IMG/VR virus record: IMGVR_UViG_3300032297_000372
Coordinates: 1-64,000 of that record
DNA: 64,000 nucleotides
Reading direction: 5' to 3' (one strand)
Origin: a virus
In this document: piece after piece, positions 8,462 through 17,650 of the stretch
How positions within the stretch are numbered: the stretch's first letter is position 1
Layout: the number at the start of each line of letters is the position of its first letter
Translations under genes and position numbers: made by a program
The notes under the pieces: generated by a model
Told to the model about the DNA's origin: nothing
Seen by the model: only the letters and a program-made list of their open reading frames with translations
Databases searched by the model: none

Positions 8462-8752
8462 ATGAAAAAATTTATTATTGAGCAGCTTTCAATTCATCGT
8501 ACTATGCATGTTGTTGAAGCTGAAAACGAAACAGATGCATTAAAAATTGCTGAAGCTGCCGATGATAATTGGCAAGAATGGTTAGGCACTGTTAAGGTTG
8601 ATGTTAATGATTACACCGATGAACGTATTGCTTATTTCAAAAATAAAGATTATTATTGGGCTGGTGTATCATACAAAGATTCAGATGGTATGTTAGCGTA
8701 TATACATCCATCAGGTGAAAGAATAGAAAGAAAAGAAGTACGTGTAGGTTAA
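8462..8752 (+). CDS. Hypothetical protein
   Basis: Adjacent ORF; VVEAENETDAL. Confidence 0.65.
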   Translation: MKKFIIEQLSIHRTMHVVEAENETDALKIAEAADDNWQEWLGTVKVDVNDYTDERIAYFKNKDYYWAGVSYKDSDGMLAYIHPSGERIERKEVRVG

Positions 8753-8753
8753 T

Positions 8754-8827
8754 GCGGGATTAGTTTAATGGTAAAACGAGAGATTTCCAATCTTTTGTTA
8801 TCAGTTCGATTCTGGTATCCCGCTCCA
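8754..8827 (+). tRNA. tRNA-Gly(TCC)
   Basis: GCGGGAT/ATCCCGC acceptor stem, AGAGA-TTTCCAA-TCTTT anticodon arm, GTTCGATT T-loop, encoded CCA. Confidence 0.95.
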
Positions 8828-8835
8828 AAATTAGT

Positions 8836-8909
8836 TGGGGATTGGTGAAGTGGTATCACAACGGGTTTTGATCCCGCTATTAGAAGTTCGATTCTTCTAT
8901 CCCCTGCCA
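8836..8909 (+). tRNA. tRNA-Gln(TTG)
   Basis: TGGGGAT/ATCCCCT acceptor stem, CGGG-TTTTGAT-CCCG anticodon arm, T-arm, GCCA end. Confidence 0.93.
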
Positions 8910-8921
8910 AAACATTAACAT

Positions 8922-8947
8922 AAGAGGAGAATTCTCCTCTTTTTTTT
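8922..8947 (+). terminator. Rho-independent terminator after the tRNAs
   Basis: Perfect palindrome AAGAGGAGAATTCTCCTCTT followed by a T-run. Confidence 0.8.
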
Positions 8948-8948
8948 G

Positions 8949-8956
8949 TATAAATA
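8949..8956 (+). promoter_or_regulatory. T4-type late promoter
   Basis: Exact TATAAATA, 9 nt before ATG 8966. Confidence 0.7.
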
Positions 8957-8965
8957 ACTTTCATC

Positions 8966-9256
8966 ATGAGTGGAATTTATATTCTAAAGACAAAAGATGG
9001 TTTTCGAGTTGCTTTTAACTCGGAATTATATAATTTTTTGTCTCACTATGATGATAAGAAGATGGACTGGACTTTAAATGGCTCGGAAATTGCAAAAATT
9101 TTTGATTCGGCGCCATTTTTTAATAATTTTTCAAGTGCAATGAACATGGCTATTCAAATTTCGAAGAAATATACAGAAACTACTGACGGTATTTTTGAAA
9201 TCCGACAAGGTGAGTCGCTAAATTATGAGGAAATCGTCAATGGTACGCATAACTGA
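8966..9256 (+). CDS. Hypothetical protein
   Basis: MSGIYILKTKDGFRVA...; follows a late promoter. Confidence 0.65.
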   Translation: MSGIYILKTKDGFRVAFNSELYNFLSHYDDKKMDWTLNGSEIAKIFDSAPFFNNFSSAMNMAIQISKKYTETTDGIFEIRQGESLNYEEIVNGTHN

Positions 9257-9950
9257 CGTTAATCAGAAGTTTGCCGGCGCCGAACCGAAGTTTTCCACTA
9301 CATTAGAAGCGTCGGAATTCACTCAAACGCTGAATTGGTACGCTCAAAATAAAGTTAAGAAAGATTCCCAAAAATACGCTCAGACTTTTTTCAAGAAAAA
9401 ACACAAAGTTGACATTTCCGGCGCTTTAAAAATGGAACCTTCTACTTTTGGGTTTCTTTGCCGAATAATTTCTAACGGAGGAACGTTACCGGCAGAACAT
9501 AAAACTTGGTTTGAAGAAAAAGAGAAGGAACTTTTACAAAAAGCGAAAAATGTTGTCGTTATAGTTGACGATACACCTTCTAATGTTATCAATATTCAAG
9601 AAAGAATCAAACAAAAAGCTTCCGAATGTGTCGGTGAACTAGAAGGTCAAATTGATGAGATGATTTTGAGTGATTTTCAGGTAATTCCAGAACCCTACGG
9701 TATAATGCATACTATGGGTATTAAATCTCCTCATGCCTCTAAAATAAATGCCTATTTTGAAAAAGAAAAAAAACGGTATTCTGAAGTTTTGACTACTACC
9801 GATAAATTATTGAAAGAGGGGTATTCCAATTTCAATAAAACAGAAATTAAAAAAATAATAACTTACTGTGATCGTGTAATTGCCGCAGGAAAGAAGATTC
9901 AAGGTGATTCTAGGAAAACAAGAAAACCTAGACGTAAAAAGGTTGACTAA
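9240..9950 (+). CDS. Conserved hypothetical protein of T4-like phages (upstream of rnh)
   Basis: GAGG RBS; GAEP...LNWY...IQERI...QIDE...LKEGYSN pattern. Confidence 0.7.
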   Translation: MVRITDVNQKFAGAEPKFSTTLEASEFTQTLNWYAQNKVKKDSQKYAQTFFKKKHKVDISGALKMEPSTFGFLCRIISNGGTLPAEHKTWFEEKEKELLQKAKNVVVIVDDTPSNVINIQERIKQKASECVGELEGQIDEMILSDFQVIPEPYGIMHTMGIKSPHASKINAYFEKEKKRYSEVLTTTDKLLKEGYSNFNKTEIKKIITYCDRVIAAGKKIQGDSRKTRKPRRKKVD

Positions 9951-9971
9951 TAACTTACATAATGTTATAAT
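9943..9971 (+). promoter_or_regulatory. Sigma70-like promoter for the rnh operon
   Basis: TTGACT-17 nt-TATAAT with TGn. Confidence 0.7.
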
Positions 9972-10001
9972 TACTACAGGTAAATAAAATAGGTTTATAA
10001 A

Positions 10002-10850
10002 ATGATTATTTTTGACTATAATCAGGTGGCAATATCAAACTTGATGCAACAGATCGGTTCTTCTAAATCACAAGTAGAAGAGGAATTGGTTCGACACATG
10101 ATTTTAAACACAATTCGAACCTATGTTAAGAAATTCAAGCAAACTTACGGACCGGAAGTAATTCTAGCATGTGATAACCGTAATTACTGGCGCCGTGGCA
10201 TATTTCCACATTATAAAGCAGGCCGTAAGAAATCACGTGAATCATCAGGTCACGATTGGAACAATATATTCGAATGCCTCAATAAAATACGTGATGAATT
10301 GAAACAATATTCTCCTTACAAGGTTATTGATGTTGACGGTGCAGAAGCCGATGACGTAATTGGTGTATTAGTTCAACGATATGCACACGAACAGAAGATT
10401 ATGATTTTATCGAGTGATAAAGACTTTGCACAATTACAGAAATATCCAAATGTTGAGCAATTTTCTCCTATTCTGAAGAAATTCATCAAAGAACCTTTTC
10501 CACAAATTCAATTAAAGCAATTAATTATTTCTGGTGATAAAAGTGACGGTGTTCCTAATATCTTAACTAAAGATGATGTGTTTGTAACTGGTGGCCGTCA
10601 AAAACCAATTACAGAAGTAAAAATGCTTCAATGGCTTAATACGCCACCTGAAGAATTTTGTAATGATGAAATGTTACGTAATTATAAACGTAATGAAACT
10701 ATGATTGACTTGACTCAGATTCCATCCTCAGTGTTTGAAAGTGTTATTCAGACTTACGAAGATTCTAAAATCAAACCGAGACAAGTTTTTATGACTTACA
10801 TGATTAATAACCGACTTAAAAACTTAATAGAGGTATTCGATGAGTTCTAG
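10002..10850 (+). CDS. rnh: T4-like RNase H (5'-3' exonuclease)
   Basis: DYNQ, NYWRR..FPHYKAGRK, EADDVIG, SSDKDFAQLQ, GDKSDGVPN. Confidence 0.95.
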   Translation: MIIFDYNQVAISNLMQQIGSSKSQVEEELVRHMILNTIRTYVKKFKQTYGPEVILACDNRNYWRRGIFPHYKAGRKKSRESSGHDWNNIFECLNKIRDELKQYSPYKVIDVDGAEADDVIGVLVQRYAHEQKIMILSSDKDFAQLQKYPNVEQFSPILKKFIKEPFPQIQLKQLIISGDKSDGVPNILTKDDVFVTGGRQKPITEVKMLQWLNTPPEEFCNDEMLRNYKRNETMIDLTQIPSSVFESVIQTYEDSKIKPRQVFMTYMINNRLKNLIEVFDEF

Positions 10851-11265
10851 CATGGTAAATGAGATATTCGCAGAGTTTGAAGCTGCAAAATCTCGAGCCG
10901 ATAAAATAAAAGTATTACGCAAACATGAAAGTAAAGCTTTAAAAGATTTACTGTTTTATACTTTCAGTCCGTATATTAAATTTGATGTTGAAGTGCCTGC
11001 CTATAGACCTTCTAAGGATCCTATGGGTTTAAATTACACTTATTTGTTAACTGAAGCACATAAGTTGTATTTGTACATTTCAGGTCATCCTACTAGACCT
11101 GATGGATTGACTCCGGCAAAACAAAAGCATTTGCTTGCTGTTTTATTGGAAACATTATATCATGAAGAAGCTGAAATTTTAGTAAAGATTATTAAAAAGG
11201 ATTTGGGTATAAAGTATCTGACTGACAAAATAGTTAAAGAAGCTTTCCCCGATATTAATCTATGA
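10840..11265 (+). CDS. Conserved T4-like phage protein (DUF6433-like)
   Basis: KIKVLRKH...LLETLY..EAEIL..I.KK...LT..IVKEAFP; follows rnh. Confidence 0.6.
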   Translation: MSSSMVNEIFAEFEAAKSRADKIKVLRKHESKALKDLLFYTFSPYIKFDVEVPAYRPSKDPMGLNYTYLLTEAHKLYLYISGHPTRPDGLTPAKQKHLLAVLLETLYHEEAEILVKIIKKDLGIKYLTDKIVKEAFPDINL

Positions 11266-11435
11266 GTAAAGGATCAAAACCAAGACCAATTGAAATTCCG
11301 ATGAAAGAGTTTGATAATAATTGGGATAATATTTTTAGGAAGAATAAAGATGAAAGTAGCCGTAGTAACACCGACAATCGGATCAGAAACTCTGAGCCAG
11401 TGCGTAGAGAGCGTACAGAATCAAACGTACAGTGA
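11262..11435 (+). CDS. Small phage protein (57 aa, not in ORF track)
   Basis: ATGA overlap; MSKGSKPRP...FDNNWDNIF motif. Confidence 0.55.
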   Translation: MSKGSKPRPIEIPMKEFDNNWDNIFRKNKDESSRSNTDNRIRNSEPVRRERTESNVQ

Positions 11436-12099
11436 TTTAACGCATTACATTTTCATGGATGGTAAAGAACATGAAAATAAAATTTGGCACCAACTTGAAG
11501 ATGCTACTAAAGTAAAATATGTTCGTTTAGAAGAAAATGTAGGTAAAGGTTGGTATGGTCATAGAGTATATGCTGCTTGCTCTTTCCTAGTTAATGCTGA
11601 TATTATTTGTTATCTAGATGAAGATAACTGGTATGAACCAGATCATGTTGAATCATTAGTTGAAGAAATTAAACAAGGTCGTCAATGGGCATACAGTCTA
11701 AGGAACATTTACAGTAAAGATGGTAAATTACTAGGTCAAGATAATTGTGAATCATTAGGTAAATGGCCTGTTTATTTCAATGGTCAGGTATTTCATATCG
11801 ACACTTCAAGTTTCGCTATACGCCGTGAAGTTGCAGTTGGTATTGGACAAGCATGGTACGCTCAATGGGGTGCAGATAGACAATTCTTTGGTGCATTGAA
11901 ACAACACTTTCCGAATTATAGTTGTAGTGCTAATCATTCATTAAACTATCGATTAGATGGAAATCCAAATTCAGTTAATTGGGAGTTTTTTGAAAAAGGT
12001 AACGAAGTTAATAAAGAAAAATATCAAGGTAATTATCCATGGAAACAAAAAGAACGGCTCTTATCACAGGTGGGTCCGGGTATCTCGGTAGTCATTTAG
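11350..12099 (+). CDS. Family 2 glycosyltransferase (GT-A)
   Basis: VAVVTPT..CVESVQNQTY; YLDEDNW (DxD); DTSSF; WGADR. Confidence 0.85.
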   Translation: MKVAVVTPTIGSETLSQCVESVQNQTYSDLTHYIFMDGKEHENKIWHQLEDATKVKYVRLEENVGKGWYGHRVYAACSFLVNADIICYLDEDNWYEPDHVESLVEEIKQGRQWAYSLRNIYSKDGKLLGQDNCESLGKWPVYFNGQVFHIDTSSFAIRREVAVGIGQAWYAQWGADRQFFGALKQHFPNYSCSANHSLNYRLDGNPNSVNWEFFEKGNEVNKEKYQGNYPWKQKERLLSQVGPGISVVI

Positions 12100-12998
12100 C
12101 AAAGTCTCTCAAGAAAGACGGATGGTACGTGATAGTGTTGGATTTAAAATCCACACTTAATAGATATGTCGATCTTTTTATAGCTGGAGATGTATGTGAC
12201 GGTGTGAAGTTAGATTCACTATTTTCACATGTGCCTATTGACGTTGTATTCCATTTAGCTGGAAGAATCGAAGTTGGTGAATCAGAAAAACATCCAACTA
12301 CCTTTTGGAAAAACAATGTCGCTGGAACTATCACATTATTAGATGAGATGAAGAAACATGGTATAGAGAATATCGTGTATTCTTCATCTGCCGCAGTTTA
12401 CTTTCCTGATAATGGTAAATTAAATGAAATGAGTATGATGACCATGAACAATTCAGTTTATGGTGCAACAAAACTGGTATCTGAACATGCCATAAAACAG
12501 TCTAGACTAAATCATATAATTTTTAGGTATTTCAATTTGGCTGGTGCTGATATGGAAGGTGAAATGGGTGAAGACCACGAACCAGAGACTCACCTGATTC
12601 CTCGGATATTACAAAACCTAAATAATTTCCAGATATACGGTGATAATTATAACACTGAGGATGGAACATGTATTCGGGATTATATTCATGTTGCTGATGT
12701 TGCCGATGCTCATGTCCTTGCTGGTAATCATTTACTAAAGACTAAATCATCCGATATCTTAAATTTAGGTACAGGTCAAGGTTATAGTGTCCTGCAAATT
12801 GTCAATCTTATAAAAGACTACCTAAAAAAAGATGTACATTTTTCAATTCAACCCCGAAGAACGGGCGATCCAGACCGCTTGGTAGCTGATGCTACTCTTG
12901 CCGGCAAAGTATTGACATTCACTCCAAAATACGATATAATAGATATTATTAAGAGCGCTAATATTTGGTATGAGAAAAAAGGAAAACAAAATGGCTGA
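12039..12998 (+). CDS. galE: UDP-glucose 4-epimerase
   Basis: TGGSGYLGSH, YSSSAAVY, YGATK, FRYFNLAGA, PETHLIP, DGTCIRDYIHV. Confidence 0.92.
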   Translation: METKRTALITGGSGYLGSHLAKSLKKDGWYVIVLDLKSTLNRYVDLFIAGDVCDGVKLDSLFSHVPIDVVFHLAGRIEVGESEKHPTTFWKNNVAGTITLLDEMKKHGIENIVYSSSAAVYFPDNGKLNEMSMMTMNNSVYGATKLVSEHAIKQSRLNHIIFRYFNLAGADMEGEMGEDHEPETHLIPRILQNLNNFQIYGDNYNTEDGTCIRDYIHVADVADAHVLAGNHLLKTKSSDILNLGTGQGYSVLQIVNLIKDYLKKDVHFSIQPRRTGDPDRLVADATLAGKVLTFTPKYDIIDIIKSANIWYEKKGKQNG

Positions 12999-13536
12999 GT
13001 TTAAGGTAACTGAAGAAACGAAAGAAACGGTGATTGAGAAGAATCCGGTGCATTTCCTTACTGGTGAAATAACAGAAGAAAATATCTCTAAGGCTATAGA
13101 GTGGATTGTTAGTGAAAATATTTCCAAGAATGCTGAGTGGTTAACATTGTATGTTAATAGTAATGGTGGCGATTTATGTCATTCATTTGCCTTAATTGAC
13201 ATCATGTATAATTCTGCAATACCAATTAAGACGATTGGTATCGGTCAAATTATGAGTGCTGCATTTTTAATCTTTATTGCAGGTACAGAAAGATTAATAG
13301 GTCAACATACCAGTATCATGATACATCAACATTCTGATGTTTATGAAGGTAGATATCATGATCTTAAAAGTAGAATGATCGAATCGAAGAATAATAACGA
13401 TAGAATGATTAGTGTTATTGAAGATTTTAGTGAACTCAAACCAGCGGAAATTAAATCTAAATTTTTATCTAAATCTGACTATTGGTTAACTGCTTCAGAT
13501 ATGATAAACTATAAGTTGGCTGACGGCATTTTTTAA
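12991..13536 (+). CDS. clpP: ClpP-like protease subunit
   Basis: LYVNSNGG, GQIMSAA (Ser), IMIHQ (His), SDYWLTA (Asp). Confidence 0.85.
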   Translation: MAEFKVTEETKETVIEKNPVHFLTGEITEENISKAIEWIVSENISKNAEWLTLYVNSNGGDLCHSFALIDIMYNSAIPIKTIGIGQIMSAAFLIFIAGTERLIGQHTSIMIHQHSDVYEGRYHDLKSRMIESKNNNDRMISVIEDFSELKPAEIKSKFLSKSDYWLTASDMINYKLADGIF

Positions 13537-13554
13537 AGGAGGAAAAGGCAGGAA

Positions 13555-13707
13555 ATGATTACGGGTGGTAATAAATTTGAAAAAATACAGAAGTCTAAAT
13601 CCAGAAATGGTAGGGAAGAAGAACTACCCAAACAAAAGATTAAACAAAAGAAACATGATAAATCCATGTATCGATTAAGGAAACGTGAGGAAGAGAATGT
13701 CATATAA
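13555..13707 (+). CDS. Small basic hypothetical protein (not in ORF track)
   Basis: AGGA RBS; 50 aa. Confidence 0.5.
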   Translation: MITGGNKFEKIQKSKSRNGREEELPKQKIKQKKHDKSMYRLRKREEENVI

Positions 13708-13855
13708 ACAAGGCACTATTGATTTGTTACAAAAGCGTTTGGCTGAATTAAACAAAGAAGCTGCACTTATTCAACAAGAAATTCAAAGGTTACAATATTC
13801 AGAATTTGAGGAAGATATCCGAGAATCTGAAAACCAGAAGCTACTAAAAGGATAA
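13697..13855 (+). CDS. Small coiled-coil hypothetical protein (not in ORF track)
   Basis: GAGG RBS; LQKRLAELNKEAALIQQEIQRL. Confidence 0.55.
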   Translation: MSYKQGTIDLLQKRLAELNKEAALIQQEIQRLQYSEFEEDIRESENQKLLKG

Positions 13856-13900
13856 TTGTCTTTTTGACAGGCTTGACATATTACATGGTTCTGATATCAT
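13856..13900 (+). promoter_or_regulatory. Sigma70-like early promoter with upstream palindrome
   Basis: TGTC-N5-GACA, then GC-TTGACA(13873)-16 nt-TATCAT with TGn. Confidence 0.65.
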
Positions 13901-13906
13901 GTGTAT

Positions 13907-14284
13907 ATGGTAAATATTCCGACAATTAATTCAGTAGTTGAACTTTCTTTCAAAGTTCGCAACTATTTCTATTTTGATAATTCAGATCATTCTGTTATCA
14001 AAGTGACAGGTGTTATCATCGCCAATGACAAGTGGAATGGTGCAGATAACGTTACTATTCAAACAACAGATAAAGAGTATCCGAAGAAGATTATTAATAT
14101 CAAAAATATAATTGACATTAATATAATATCTGGCGGTACAACCAATATAAGACGTTTCAAAATTGTTAACAATAACAAAGAATATATTGTTGTCAAAAAT
14201 GAATCGCATTTCTCCTGTAGTTGCATTGGTTTCAAGTACCATGCAAAATGTAAACATATTGAAGCTGTTAGGAAAAAGTTATGA
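13907..14284 (+). CDS. SWIM zinc-finger protein
   Basis: C-terminal CSCIGFKYHAKCKHI (CxC...CxH). Confidence 0.75.
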   Translation: MVNIPTINSVVELSFKVRNYFYFDNSDHSVIKVTGVIIANDKWNGADNVTIQTTDKEYPKKIINIKNIIDINIISGGTTNIRRFKIVNNNKEYIVVKNESHFSCSCIGFKYHAKCKHIEAVRKKL

Positions 14285-14673
14285 TAATTTACTCGAACAC
14301 TCGTTCTAAGAAGAAAAAGATTCCAAAAAAACAATTAGCAGATTATCAACAATTCTTGGACAATGTTAACAAAATGAAATTACCTAGTGGCAATAATGTT
14401 GTCAAAAAAACATTAGTGCGAAAAAGTAAACTTCCGGTGTTGTCAATACCAGAAGATCGTAATCCTAGGAAATACGCCTCAGTTGATTCCGGCGTAACTG
14501 GTGCGTGTGGTTACAAAGGTGTGATGAAAGATTATCAGACCATGTCGGAAAGCGACAGGAAGATCGTGGATCACGTTGCCTCCTGTGTTGCACCGTTGCA
14601 TAAAAGTAATCTTGTTTATGTGACATCAGGTATGAATCCTGCTGGCTTAGGTCGTAAAAATGAAGTGTTGTAA
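14281..14673 (+). CDS. Hypothetical basic protein
   Basis: ATGA overlap; APLHKSNLVYV. Confidence 0.65.
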   Translation: MIIYSNTRSKKKKIPKKQLADYQQFLDNVNKMKLPSGNNVVKKTLVRKSKLPVLSIPEDRNPRKYASVDSGVTGACGYKGVMKDYQTMSESDRKIVDHVASCVAPLHKSNLVYVTSGMNPAGLGRKNEVL

Positions 14674-14715
14674 AAATACAACAGTGCTTGACTTATGCCA
14701 CGGCAGTGATATAAT
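14666..14715 (+). promoter_or_regulatory. Strong sigma70-like early promoter with palindrome
   Basis: TGTTGTA-AAAA-TACAACA, then TTGACT(14688)-16 nt-TATAAT with TGn. Confidence 0.75.
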
Positions 14716-14771
14716 TGTACCTGCAAATGAGTTGTTGTATGTTATTAATTTATTATGATGAGGTGATTGAT

Positions 14772-15209
14772 ATGGCAAAAAATGCTAAAGCTCCTGCTGT
14801 AAAAAAGTTGCAACCTTTTGAGAAGTTGTTGACTCTGTTAGAATCTGGCGAAGTTGTTACTAAGCAAGAAATCGACCAGAAGTTAGGTAGTGAAATTTAT
14901 TTGTATCGTATTTCGACTTATATCTGGCACGTTAAGAAGTTTGCTGGCGGTGTCGTTAAATCGATCAAAGATGGTCGTGTCGTTGTTGGTTATCAGATAA
15001 CCAATCCTGAAACTGTACGCAAGTACATGGCTGCAAACAATGTCACTGCTGCTGGTGTTGGCGTTAAAGTACGCAAACCATCAACGGCTAAAGCGGCAAA
15101 AGTTTCTGCTTTGCCACCCGTTAAGAAGTTGCAAGACCTACAACCTGTGCAGGCTGTAGTTGAAGAAGTTGTTGCTGATGAAATTGAAGTTACAGAACTT
15201 GTTGATTAA
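14772..15209 (+). CDS. Hypothetical early protein, possibly DNA-binding, with Ala/Lys/Pro-rich linker and acidic tail
   Basis: GAGGTG RBS; own promoter and terminator. Confidence 0.7.
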   Translation: MAKNAKAPAVKKLQPFEKLLTLLESGEVVTKQEIDQKLGSEIYLYRISTYIWHVKKFAGGVVKSIKDGRVVVGYQITNPETVRKYMAANNVTAAGVGVKVRKPSTAKAAKVSALPPVKKLQDLQPVQAVVEEVVADEIEVTELVD

Positions 15210-15235
15210 TTTTCATTCGTTGTCTTTCCTCTTTT

Positions 15236-15262
15236 CCGGCGGCTAGTTCCGCCGGTTTTTTT
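15236..15262 (+). terminator. Rho-independent terminator
   Basis: CCGGCGG-ctagtt-CCGCCGG + T7. Confidence 0.85.
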
Positions 15263-15266
15263 ATAT

Positions 15267-15815
15267 ATGAATATATTTTACCTAGATAATGATGTTAATA
15301 GATGTGCCGAGATGCACAATGATAAACATTGCGTTAAGATGATTCTCGAATATGCTCAATTACTTTCTACTGCTCACCGTGTTATTGATGGTATACCCAT
15401 TGTTGGTGTTAGTAAAACAGGCCGAAAAAACACTCGATATATTATTGGTGATGATCGTGACAATATTCTATACAGTGCTACTCATATCAATCATCCTTCA
15501 TGTGTTTGGGTTAGGCAATCTTCCGCAAACTATGTTTGGTTACAAAATTTACTAGAAGCTTTGTGCCTTGAATATACCTATCGTTATGGCAGAGTACATA
15601 AAGTGCAAGGTAGTGGTTTAACTGGTGCATTGCAAAACATACCAACAAATATAAACAAGGATAAACCTTTCACTGAACCAACACCTGCAATGCCTGACGA
15701 TTGTAAAATTTCTGGCGATTCTATTGCTTCCTACAAAAATTACTATATAATGAATAAGACGCACTTAGCGAACTGGAAAAAAAGACCTGTTCCTACGTGG
15801 TACATTACTAAATAA
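15267..15815 (+). CDS. Pyrimidine-dimer DNA glycosylase-like (DenV/Pyr_excise family) protein
   Basis: MNIFYLD...HNDKHCVKMILEYAQLLSTAH...THINHP...EYTYRYGRVH...PAMPD. Confidence 0.75.
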   Translation: MNIFYLDNDVNRCAEMHNDKHCVKMILEYAQLLSTAHRVIDGIPIVGVSKTGRKNTRYIIGDDRDNILYSATHINHPSCVWVRQSSANYVWLQNLLEALCLEYTYRYGRVHKVQGSGLTGALQNIPTNINKDKPFTEPTPAMPDDCKISGDSIASYKNYYIMNKTHLANWKKRPVPTWYITK

Positions 15816-15819
15816 TATT

Positions 15820-16134
15820 ATGCCAACATATTCATTAAGAAATAAAGAAACAGGTGAAGTATTTGAACATGTGATGAAAATTGCAGAATATGACACCTAC
15901 ATGACAGAACATCCAAACATTGAACGATATCATGACGGTATTAATATCGTATCAATGAATGGTAGTCTCGATTCGAAAACTGATAACACTTGGAAAGAAG
16001 TTTTATCTAAAGTTGCAGAAGCCCATCCAACTAGTACCGTAGGTGAACGATACGGTAAAAAATCAATTAAACAGGTTAAAACACAAGAGATTGTGAAAAA
16101 GCATGTTGACAAAATTACAAAGAGAGTATCTTGA
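15820..16134 (+). CDS. FmdB-like conserved phage protein
   Basis: MPTY.L.N.ETGE.FE...WKEVLSKV; ACTAAATA 5 nt upstream. Confidence 0.6.
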   Translation: MPTYSLRNKETGEVFEHVMKIAEYDTYMTEHPNIERYHDGINIVSMNGSLDSKTDNTWKEVLSKVAEAHPTSTVGERYGKKSIKQVKTQEIVKKHVDKITKRVS

Positions 16135-16787
16135 CATTTGAATTTATAAAAATTCCTGAATTAGATTATGACCTTGAAGCAGTAACTACCGAAAGTGGTA
16201 GACTTTATACTACACCTAAAGGAAACAAATACAGGTCTATCACCACAGTTTTATCCGCATTTAGTAAGAAAGCTATACTAGAGTGGCGTAAACGAGTTGG
16301 TGATGAAGAAGCAAACAGAATATCATCTAAGGCCTCGACAAGAGGTACTAATCTCCATTTGGTTTGTGAGAAGTATTTACTTAATGAATACACACCATTA
16401 AAACTCAAATCATTAATGCCCAATATCAAGGCATTATTTCAACAATTAAAACCCGAATTAGATAAAAATATAGGTAAGATTTACGCATTAGAACAAGCAT
16501 TGTATTCAGATGAACTTGAAGTAGCAGGCCGTGTGGACTGTATCGCAGAATGGGATGGTGAATTATCCATTATTGACTTTAAAACTTCTAGTAAATTGAA
16601 AGAAGAAGGTCACATCCAAAATTACTTCATGCAATGCACTGCTTATGCCATTATGTTTGAAGAAAGAACAGGTAGGCCAATAGATAAAATTGTGGTTGCC
16701 ATTGCCGTAGAGAATGAACAGCCACAAATTTTCGTGAGAAGTAAACTTGATTATGTTACGGAGTTGATGAAATATGTAAAAACTTAG
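16131..16787 (+). CDS. PD-(D/E)xK exonuclease (RecB/Cas4-like)
   Basis: YRSITTVL, RGTNLH, AGRVDCIA, IIDFKTS, QCTAYA. Confidence 0.9.
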   Translation: MTFEFIKIPELDYDLEAVTTESGRLYTTPKGNKYRSITTVLSAFSKKAILEWRKRVGDEEANRISSKASTRGTNLHLVCEKYLLNEYTPLKLKSLMPNIKALFQQLKPELDKNIGKIYALEQALYSDELEVAGRVDCIAEWDGELSIIDFKTSSKLKEEGHIQNYFMQCTAYAIMFEERTGRPIDKIVVAIAVENEQPQIFVRSKLDYVTELMKYVKT

Positions 16788-16795
16788 GAGACCAC

Positions 16796-17542
16796 ATGTC
16801 AAGAAAAGCAGCATTAAAAACGGTTGATACGGAAGTTACAGAATTAAAAACAAGAAATAATACTCTGAGGGTGCGAATCGATGATTTAAGAACATTCCAA
16901 CCGTTAACGGAAAACCAAAAGAAGTTTTTTGATGCTTATAAGCAAGGTGATTATTTTGTTGCCTTACATGGAGTTGCAGGAACAGGTAAAACATTTTGTG
17001 CCTTATACAAAGCGTTAGAAGAAGTGCTTGACAAATCTAACACATTTGATAAAATAATAGTTGTTCGTTCAGCTGTACAATCTAGGGAGATAGGACATTT
17101 ACCTGGTGATGTCGGTGAAAAGATGGAAATCTATGAACAACCTTACAGACAAATTTGTGAAACCCTTTTTGGTCGTAAAGATGCTTGGAGTAGATTAGAG
17201 GAACAAGGTCATATTCAATTCATATCAACATCATTTATTCGTGGTATGAGTTTTGATGATGCTATCATTATTGTAGATGAAGTGCAGAATATGAATTTTG
17301 AAGAGATCGATACGGTAATGACTCGTGTTGGTTATCGTTCAAAGATTATTTGGTGTGGCGATTATCGTCAAACAGATTTACGCAAGAACAATGACAAATC
17401 AGGTCTATTAAAGTTTTTTGATATTGCACATCACATGGGTGCATTTACTCGTATAGAATTTACACCAGATGATATTGTTAGAAGTAGCTTAGTTAAAGAT
17501 TACATATTGGCAAAATTAAAATATGAGGACTTAAATGAGTGA
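16796..17542 (+). CDS. phoH: PhoH-family ATPase
   Basis: GVAGTGKT, RSAV, IGHLPG, FIRGMSF, DEVQN, TRVG, GDYRQTD, DIVRS. Confidence 0.93.
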   Translation: MSRKAALKTVDTEVTELKTRNNTLRVRIDDLRTFQPLTENQKKFFDAYKQGDYFVALHGVAGTGKTFCALYKALEEVLDKSNTFDKIIVVRSAVQSREIGHLPGDVGEKMEIYEQPYRQICETLFGRKDAWSRLEEQGHIQFISTSFIRGMSFDDAIIIVDEVQNMNFEEIDTVMTRVGYRSKIIWCGDYRQTDLRKNNDKSGLLKFFDIAHHMGAFTRIEFTPDDIVRSSLVKDYILAKLKYEDLNE

Positions 17543-17642
17543 TGTAATGGATTGGTTGATAGTAGGTTCTTTATTCGTTGTACTATTTGTCGGAATATAT
17601 TTGTATTGGTTATATGGTGAGAGTGGCGGTAGAGACGAATAA
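17535..17642 (+). CDS. Small single-TM protein (35 aa, not in ORF track)
   Basis: GAGG RBS; WLIVGSLFVVLFVGIYLYWLY. Confidence 0.5.
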   Translation: MSDVMDWLIVGSLFVVLFVGIYLYWLYGESGGRDE

Positions 17643-17650
17643 ATAAAGGT

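Noticed and set aside
8749-8967. 72-aa minus-strand ORF
   Set aside because: Antisense shadow of the two tRNA genes
16131-16787. Cas4-like nuclease as evidence of a CRISPR system
   Set aside because: No array or other cas genes; PD-(D/E)xK exonucleases are routine in T4-like phages
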